From NCBI GenBank assembly GCA_963977445.1, contig CAXBPH010000090.1, positions 1 to 23,456 on the forward strand: 23,456 nt of DNA, in the 5' to 3' direction. The stretch is from an uncultured bacterium. GTDB taxonomy: Bacteria; Hydrogenedentota; Hydrogenedentia; Hydrogenedentales; JAEUWI01. Numbering within the stretch: position 1 is the stretch's first letter; each line of letters opens with the position of its first letter. The notes under the pieces are model-generated. The model was not told where the DNA came from. It made no database searches and saw nothing but the letters and a program-made list of their open reading frames with translations. The position numbers were made by a program, and so were the translations under genes. Below are positions 17,155 through 23,456 of this stretch, in pieces.

Positions 17155-17298
17155 TTGGTAGTTTCGCGCCGCTGAATCGATAATGTGGTAGTTCACGCGA
17201 TACGTCCGCTTCTGAAATGAGGCCCCTTGCCGGGCTAGAAAATCGTTAGACCTTTTCCTCCATCCCCTTCGCAAGAACACACCTTCTGGAGAAGTACC

Positions 17299-18612
17299 TT
17301 GAAAAAACAGTCCTGGACAGACTTGATTAAACTCGAAGACTGGTGGGCCATCTGGATTGGATTCATCCTGCTGGTCGCCGTATTTACGGGCGTTGTAGAC
17401 AGCGTCCCCAAAATGCCGGGTTGGGCCTGGGGAGACTTTGCCGCCTTAAGTTCCGGCGTTAATATCCTCTCCCTCATTGGGCTCCTCGTCGGCCTATGCG
17501 TGGCTTTCAGCCTTGCAATTGCCGTCATGGGCAACGATAAAGTCGTCGCCTTCATACCCGGTTTCTTCGCCCTCTTTCTATTGTCGTGCCTGACTTACAT
17601 CTTCGCCGACGAAGCGACGGTAAAACATTACGGAATCAGCTACGCCTTCTGGGCTGTGGGCATCGGCCTCCTGATTGCCAACACGGTGGGCGTACCCGCC
17701 TGGCTGAAACCCGCGATCAAAACCGAGTTCTACATCAAAACCGGCCTCGTCATCATGGGCTCAGGCATCCTATTCGGCAATATCCTGAAGTTTGGCGCTT
17801 ACGGCCTGGCCATTGCCTGGGGTGTGACGCCCATCGTGATTGTTTTTATGTGGATTTTCGGCACGAAGGTGCTGAAGATGACAAACAAGCCGCTGGTGAT
17901 TATCATCGCCACGGCCACCTCGGTGTGTGGCGTTTCCGCAGCCATCGCCGCTGCGGCGGCCTCCAAGGCAAAAAAAGAAGATCTCACCATCGCCATCGGT
18001 ATGACCCTCATTTTCACCGTGGGCATGATGATCGGGATGCCAATTCTTGTGGCCAACATGGGGCTGTCGCCCCTCATTGGTGGCGCTTGGCTGGGCGGCA
18101 CAATTGACGCCACCGGTGCCGTGGGTGCCGCTGGTGCGGTCCTCGGACCGGAAGCAGAGGCCGCCGCGATCATTGTAAAAATGATTCAGAATATCCTCAT
18201 TGGCGTCGTGGCCTTCTGTATTGCCGTCTATTGGGTTACCCGCGTCGAGGAAAATGAAAGCGGAAAACGCCCCGGTTTCGGCGAAATCTGGAACCGCTTC
18301 CCCAAGTTTATTCTGGGTTTCATCGCTGCGTCCTTGTTCGCCTCTTTTGTCATGATTCCCCTCCTCGGTGACGACACCGTAAAGGGGATGCTCAAACAGA
18401 CCAAAACCATTCGTGGTTGGCTCTTCACCATGGCCTTCATTTCCATCGGACTCGACTCCAACTTCAAAGACATGGCCACACAAATGCGCGGTGGAAAGCC
18501 CATGGTGCTCTATCTCGTCGGCCAAACCTTCAATATCGTACTGACCCTATTCATCGCCTGGCTCGTTCTCAGCGGCATTCTCTTTCCCCTGCCCCCCTCC
18601 CTGGTGAGTTGA
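17299..18612 (+). CDS. YeiH / putative sulfate exporter (UPF0324) family membrane protein
   Basis: EDWWAIW.G, EFYIKTGLV..G, SVCGVSAAIA, GAW.GGTID.TGAV, KMIQN.LIG, W.RFPKF.LGF; many TM segments; TTG start after GGAGA. Confidence 0.88.
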   Translation: MKKQSWTDLIKLEDWWAIWIGFILLVAVFTGVVDSVPKMPGWAWGDFAALSSGVNILSLIGLLVGLCVAFSLAIAVMGNDKVVAFIPGFFALFLLSCLTYIFADEATVKHYGISYAFWAVGIGLLIANTVGVPAWLKPAIKTEFYIKTGLVIMGSGILFGNILKFGAYGLAIAWGVTPIVIVFMWIFGTKVLKMTNKPLVIIIATATSVCGVSAAIAAAAASKAKKEDLTIAIGMTLIFTVGMMIGMPILVANMGLSPLIGGAWLGGTIDATGAVGAAGAVLGPEAEAAAIIVKMIQNILIGVVAFCIAVYWVTRVEENESGKRPGFGEIWNRFPKFILGFIAASLFASFVMIPLLGDDTVKGMLKQTKTIRGWLFTMAFISIGLDSNFKDMATQMRGGKPMVLYLVGQTFNIVLTLFIAWLVLSGILFPLPPSLVS

Positions 18613-18869
18613 TGCCCCTGAAGAAGACCATAGTGAACTGGCTGAAACTGACCCTTGGCTTTGGCATCGCCGTGCTCCTCCTGTCCACGATATTACCGTG
18701 GCTGGCGGAGCATGGCTATGCGGGCCATGTTATACAGGAAAACGTCCGCACCAACCGTGACGCCTCGGCCCTCTTCTACACCGAAGACGACCGCACCTGG
18801 GAGGTCTTGGAAGAAGTCTCCAAGCAAAAGGCCCGACGAAATAGGGACCAAATCACAATCCCCGAGTAA
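18612..18869 (+). CDS. 85-aa single-TM hypothetical protein coupled to the YeiH gene
   Basis: ATG overlaps the YeiH stop (TGATG); the product is MPLKK, a hydrophobic helix, then DASALFYTE. Confidence 0.7.
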   Translation: MPLKKTIVNWLKLTLGFGIAVLLLSTILPWLAEHGYAGHVIQENVRTNRDASALFYTEDDRTWEVLEEVSKQKARRNRDQITIPE

Positions 18870-19008
18870 AACGTGTGCCCATGGGCCCCATGTTCCTTGG
18901 GAAGCTCTGACCATCCACGCCAATCACCTTATTTTCGGGCGACGTGTGCCATCCCTTCCTTCCGTGATCAATAATAGGGGTAACCATCTTCCAGAAGGAT
19001 TGCATCCC

Positions 19009-21297
19009 TTGCGTACCCCCGAAAATCAGAATATCAGCCAGGAAAGCTATCGCATTACCGGCATGACCTGCGCCGGTTGTGTGCGTCGCGTCGAAACCGG
19101 CCTGGTGGCCATTGACGGAATAGACTCCGCAACGGTCAACCTCATGACCGAAGAGGCCCGGGTCTCCTTCACGGAAGGCACCGTGGCGCCCGAAACCATC
19201 ATCGAGACCGTCGAAGCGCTGGGTTTTGGCGCTTCCCGAAAGGATGGGGCGGCCTCCGACTATGACATCGATATCTCTCTGGAGCATACGATTCATGCAC
19301 GGCAGCGTTGCACGGTCGCCTGGGCACTGACTATGCCCATTGCTATCCTCATGCTGCTCCACATGACGGGACTCTGGATGCTTCCCTACTGGGATTGGAT
19401 CGAACTGGTCCTCGCCCTTCCGGTCCTCTTGTTACCTGGTGCCGAAACCTTTAAGAAGGGGTGGGCCACCCTGCGGGCCAAAGCGCCCAACATGGACGCC
19501 CTCATCGCCATCGGCACCCTTGCCGCCTACAGCACGGGCCCCATGCACCTTTTCGGCATGGATGTAGCCAGTTTTGCCGCCCTGTCCGCCATGATCATGG
19601 CCTTCCATCTCACCGGGCGCTTTATCGAAGCCAGCGCACGGAGTAAGGCCTCCCAGGCCATACGTCGCCTCCTCGAACTGGGCGCGAAAAGCGCACGGGT
19701 TCGCCGCGAGGGTGAGGTCGTAGAAATTCCGGCAAACGAGCTCCGCGTGGGCGATGTGATGCTTATCAAACCCGGAGAAAAAATCCCCACCGACGGCACG
19801 GTCATCCTCGGAAGCAGTGCCATCGACGAATCGATGGCCACGGGGGAATCCATTCCCGTCGACAAAAGCGTCGGCGACCCCGTCATCGGCGCAACAATTA
19901 ACAGTACGGGTGCCCTGGAAGTTCGGGCCACCCGCATTGGCGACGACACCTTCCTCGCACAGGTGGCCCAGTTGGTCCAGGAGGCCCAGGCCTCCAAGCC
20001 CGCTATTCAGGGATTCACCGACCAGATGACCGTCGTATTTGTCCCCCTCATTCTTGGCATTGCCCTGCTCACAGCACTTTTCTGGCTCACCCTACCCGGC
20101 ATGATGGAAGCCCTGAGCGCCTGGGCCGTTCCCTATCTGCCCTGGGCACACAGTGGCTCCGCCTCCAACCTGAGCATGGCCGTATTTTCCGCCGTGGCCG
20201 TCCTGGTTATTTCGTGCCCCTGCGCCATGGGCCTGGCTACACCAACGGCCATCATGGTCGGCACGGGCCAGGCCGCCGAACGGGGTATGCTACTCCGTGA
20301 AGGGGCGGTCGTGCAGCACCTGCGAGAACTCACCATCCTCTGCTTCGACAAGACGGGTACCCTGACCCACGGCAAACCCAAGGTCACCAATGTGGAAATG
20401 GTAGCGGGCACCTCCCATAGCGACCTCCTCGCTTGGGCCGCTGCGGTCTCCATGTTCTCGGAACATCCCCTCGCCCTGGCCATTGCCGACAAGGCCACCC
20501 GCGACCATTGCGATATGCTGCCCGCTGGTGATTTCGAAGCCGTCCCCGGAAAAGGAACCCGCGCCACCGTCGATGGCAAGGACGTGCTCGTGGGCAAGGC
20601 GGCATTCCTCGCGGAAAACGGCATCGACATTACCCCCATCGAGCCCACCCTCTATCGCATGCAACGGGAAGCCAAGACGGTTGCCGCGGTAGCTCGTGAT
20701 GGCAAGGCCATTGGCGTTATCGGGATTGCCGACACCCTGAAGAGCGAGTCCGTCCGGGCAATCAAGATTCTCAAACGCATGAAAATACAATGCGTCATGC
20801 TCACCGGCGACAACCAAGCCACCGCCGACGTTGTGGCCGATCAGGTCGGTATCGATCGGGTCATTGCGGACGTCCTGCCCCAGGACAAGGCCAAGGCCGT
20901 TGAAAAACTGAAGAAAGAGACGATTGGCACCGTGGGTATGGTGGGCGATGGCATCAACGACGCCGCCGCCCTCGCCACGGCGGATGTGGGTATCGCGCTC
21001 GGTACGGGCACGGACATCGCCATTGAAGCGGCCGACGTTGCCTTGATACAGGGCGATCTCATGGCCCTGGTGACCGTGATTCAGTTGGGCAAAGCCACCT
21101 ACAACAAAATCATACAGAATCTCTTCTGGGCCTTTGGCTACAACCTCCTGGCCGTGCCCCTGGCCATGGTGGGACTCCTCCACCCCGTTGTCGCTGAAAT
21201 ATGCATGGCCCTGAGTTCATTGAATGTGATTGCCAACTCAATTCGCCTCAGAAACTTCGACCCCGAAGCGGTTACGAAGGAAATCATGCGCAATTGA
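19009..21297 (+). CDS. copA: Cu(I)-translocating P1B-type ATPase
   Basis: HMA domain [47 protein letters not shown] and MALSS (P1B-1 signature); TTG 19009 follows GAAGGA. Confidence 0.92.
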   Translation: MRTPENQNISQESYRITGMTCAGCVRRVETGLVAIDGIDSATVNLMTEEARVSFTEGTVAPETIIETVEALGFGASRKDGAASDYDIDISLEHTIHARQRCTVAWALTMPIAILMLLHMTGLWMLPYWDWIELVLALPVLLLPGAETFKKGWATLRAKAPNMDALIAIGTLAAYSTGPMHLFGMDVASFAALSAMIMAFHLTGRFIEASARSKASQAIRRLLELGAKSARVRREGEVVEIPANELRVGDVMLIKPGEKIPTDGTVILGSSAIDESMATGESIPVDKSVGDPVIGATINSTGALEVRATRIGDDTFLAQVAQLVQEAQASKPAIQGFTDQMTVVFVPLILGIALLTALFWLTLPGMMEALSAWAVPYLPWAHSGSASNLSMAVFSAVAVLVISCPCAMGLATPTAIMVGTGQAAERGMLLREGAVVQHLRELTILCFDKTGTLTHGKPKVTNVEMVAGTSHSDLLAWAAAVSMFSEHPLALAIADKATRDHCDMLPAGDFEAVPGKGTRATVDGKDVLVGKAAFLAENGIDITPIEPTLYRMQREAKTVAAVARDGKAIGVIGIADTLKSESVRAIKILKRMKIQCVMLTGDNQATADVVADQVGIDRVIADVLPQDKAKAVEKLKKETIGTVGMVGDGINDAAALATADVGIALGTGTDIAIEAADVALIQGDLMALVTVIQLGKATYNKIIQNLFWAFGYNLLAVPLAMVGLLHPVVAEICMALSSLNVIANSIRLRNFDPEAVTKEIMRN

Positions 21298-21543
21298 ACG
21301 GTTACCGTGTTTGATGGCTACAGCAGACACACAACGATGTTTCATGCCTACGACTATCCACCATTATCTTGTTTTCTTAATGATATACGTACAACCGTTC
21401 ACAGCAACCGAAAATACAAACCACGAAGAGCACAAAAAGGAATAAAGAACATAGAAAATTCTATTTCGGTGGTTTAATTCTACGAAAGTAACTTAGGCAA
21501 CAGAACTCGAGTGGAGTTGTTCAACCTGTTTGACCAGATCATG

Positions 21544-22039
21544 TCGGTCTTAAGAATTCGTCAACACGAAGCGCACAGGGATAGTTTTTAGCCGCGAAGG
21601 AACGCAAAGAGCGCAAAAAACTACTCTTTGCGTTCTCTGCGTTCTTTTGCGGCCAATAACATTCGTATAAATTCGTGTTCATTCGTGGTTCAACTATTTG
21701 GTTGCGGCCAACGACCCCGCTAAGTGCATTCGTGTCCATTCGCGGTTTAGACTTCTTACAAAACCCACCCGGAGAAGACGTTGGAAAACGATCGGTCTTA
21801 AGGATTCGTCAACACGAAGCGCACAGGGACAGCTTTTAGCCGCGAAGGAACGCAAAGAGCGCAAAAAACTACTCTTTGCGTTCTCTGCGTTCTTTTGCGG
21901 CCAATAACATTCGTATAAATTCGTGTTCATTCGTGGTTCAACTATTTGGTTGCGGCCAACGACCCCGCTAAGTGCATTCGTGTCCATTCGCGGTTTAGAC
22001 TTCTTACAAAACCCACCCGGAGAGAATGTTGGAAAACGA
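21544..22039. repeat. Two-copy 248-bp tandem duplication of a palindrome-rich unit
   Basis: 21544-21791 matches 21792-22039 with about 6 differences. Each unit has a 27-bp-arm hairpin and 10-bp-period ATTCGTGTTC-type repeats. Confidence 0.95.
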
Positions 22040-23309
22040 ACTGAAAAACCTCGATATCACCATCAGTGGAACCGGATTCGCCGGGGACTTTGTCGCCCGA
22101 AGCTTTGGCATGCTTCCCCACCGCAATGAGGTCAATCTACGCCTCGCGGGCGTGAATTCGGGACACCTGGGCAATGCCAAACTCTTCGCAAAACGGCACA
22201 ACGTCGGCGCCGCCTTTGATTCCCACAAGGAGATGCTCGAGACCATCGATCCCGACATCGACTGCATCGCCTGCGCCAACTATGTCCACGGTCAGTATGT
22301 GAAAGAAGCGGCCGAAGCAGGCGTTAAGGTAATCGTGCTCGAAAAGCCGCCCCTCATCTGGCCGGGCTACCCCGAAGGCCGTGAGGCCTCTGCAGAGACG
22401 CGCAAAACAGAATCCATGGCCGCCCTCCAGGACGTGCTCGAAGCCGTGGCAAAAAGCGGCAGTAAATTACTCTACGCAGAAAACTTTGTCTACGTCGATG
22501 GCATGAAATCGCTCGTGGAACTCATGCGCGAAGCCCAGAACGCGGGCAAAGGCAAAGTGCTGTTGCAACAGGGCGTGTGTGCCCACCAGGGTTCCCACGC
22601 GATTGACTATGATACGCCAGCAAAATCGGGCGGAGGTTCCCTCTTCAACAAAGCCTGCCACCCCCTCGGCGCGGCCCTCTATCTCAAGCAGGTGGAAGGC
22701 ATGCTCCGGGAAGGCAAACCCATTCGGCCCGCCCGTGTTTCCGCCCTCGCACTCCAGATTCTCAAAGGCCAGGCCCCGTCGGCAGGGGAACACTTCCGTG
22801 TCATGCAGAACGTGGACGATTTCGCGCGAATCACGGTGGTCTTCGAAGACAACACGGTGGCCGAACTCTTCGGCTATGACCTCAGTATCAGCGGCATTCG
22901 CAACACCTATTCCGTCATCACGGATTTCGCCCAATATGATATGCGTATTAATCCCAGCGATGAGAATGAACTCTTCCTGCCCGATGGCAATGCCATTGGC
23001 AACGTCTTGCTGCGAGAAAAATTACCGACCGCCCAGGGCACTTCCTTCCCCCGTCCCCAACAGTTTCATGCCCACGGCTACGTCAACGAAATGAACGATG
23101 CTGTCGCCTGCGCCCTGGAACCGAAGCGCTATCCCCAATCGGGCTCCCTCCTCGCCTGGGACACCATGGCCATTCTTATGGCGGGCTATGAGTCTGCGGA
23201 AAAGAACTCCGCCTTCGTCGATATTACCGAATACAGTGAGAAGAACATCGTCGGGGACACGGCCTTACCCGACCCGCGCTATTTTGGAAACGTATTGCAG
23301 CGAAACTAA
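22026..23309 (+). CDS. Gfo/Idh/MocA-family oxidoreductase
   Basis: N-terminal G.GF.G, I...N..H, LEKP, YAEN..Y, SGGGSL....CHP, HGY..EM; GGAGA RBS. Confidence 0.85.
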   Translation: MLENELKNLDITISGTGFAGDFVARSFGMLPHRNEVNLRLAGVNSGHLGNAKLFAKRHNVGAAFDSHKEMLETIDPDIDCIACANYVHGQYVKEAAEAGVKVIVLEKPPLIWPGYPEGREASAETRKTESMAALQDVLEAVAKSGSKLLYAENFVYVDGMKSLVELMREAQNAGKGKVLLQQGVCAHQGSHAIDYDTPAKSGGGSLFNKACHPLGAALYLKQVEGMLREGKPIRPARVSALALQILKGQAPSAGEHFRVMQNVDDFARITVVFEDNTVAELFGYDLSISGIRNTYSVITDFAQYDMRINPSDENELFLPDGNAIGNVLLREKLPTAQGTSFPRPQQFHAHGYVNEMNDAVACALEPKRYPQSGSLLAWDTMAILMAGYESAEKNSAFVDITEYSEKNIVGDTALPDPRYFGNVLQRN

Positions 23310-23314
23310 AGGAG

Positions 23315-23334
23315 GTCGGACTTTCCAGTCCGAC
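23315..23334. repeat. REP-like hairpin
   Basis: GTCGGACT-TTCC-AGTCCGAC perfect 8-bp stem just after the stop codon; no U tract. Confidence 0.55.
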
Positions 23335-23414
23335 ACATCGCACACCAAAGCGGCAACAAAAGACCATCCTGCAAACAGCTTGATCACAATCTCTCAACGT
23401 AGCCTTTGACCATT

Positions 23415-23437
23415 GGGAGCGCAGGCGGCCCGCCTGC
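23415..23437. repeat. REP-like hairpin with GGGAGC foot
   Basis: GGGAGC-GCAGGCG-GCC-CGCCTGC: a 7-bp stem preceded by a GGAG tetranucleotide. Confidence 0.5.
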
Positions 23438-23456
23438 CACGGGCCGAAGGCACGTT

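Noticed and set aside
18970..18986. CsoR-like operator upstream of copA (ATAGGGGTA)
   Set aside because: It is only a half-site, and there is no copper regulator in the window.
18655..19008. 118-aa N-terminal extension of CopA in the ORF track
   Set aside because: It overlaps the 85-aa gene and is not protein-like; an RBS plus TTG at 19009 directly precedes the HMA domain.
21539..21987. Twin minus-strand ORFs MDTNALSG..
   Set aside because: They are spurious translations of the duplicated palindromic unit.

Overview
Bacterial, moderately GC-rich window with about 21 intact genes and one pseudogene. I found no rRNA, tRNA, CRISPR array or transposase. The left half (390-11897) is a stress/small-molecule-response neighbourhood. 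It holds a truncated, frameshifted DUF899 gene, a beta-lactamase-family serine hydrolase, NDH-2 and hspQ. These are followed by an ArsR-led run of SRPBCC, DoxX, SRPBCC, VOC(PhnB) and DoxX genes, a lipoprotein with an EF-hand pair and two spondin-like domains, and a YciI(DGPF)/ECF42-type sigma pair. The right half holds a Tat-exported Cys-type sulfatase, an ECF sigma/zinc anti-sigma pair, an M20 dipeptidase, a YeiH-family transporter coupled to an 85-aa membrane protein, a CopA-type ATPase and a Gfo/Idh/MocA oxidoreductase. Intergenic regions carry several unrelated palindromic (REP-like) repeat families. There are two ~240-250 bp tandem duplications: one abuts the broken DUF899 gene and the other copies the next gene's RBS and start. 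Family calls come from motif recognition only; no database search was run.
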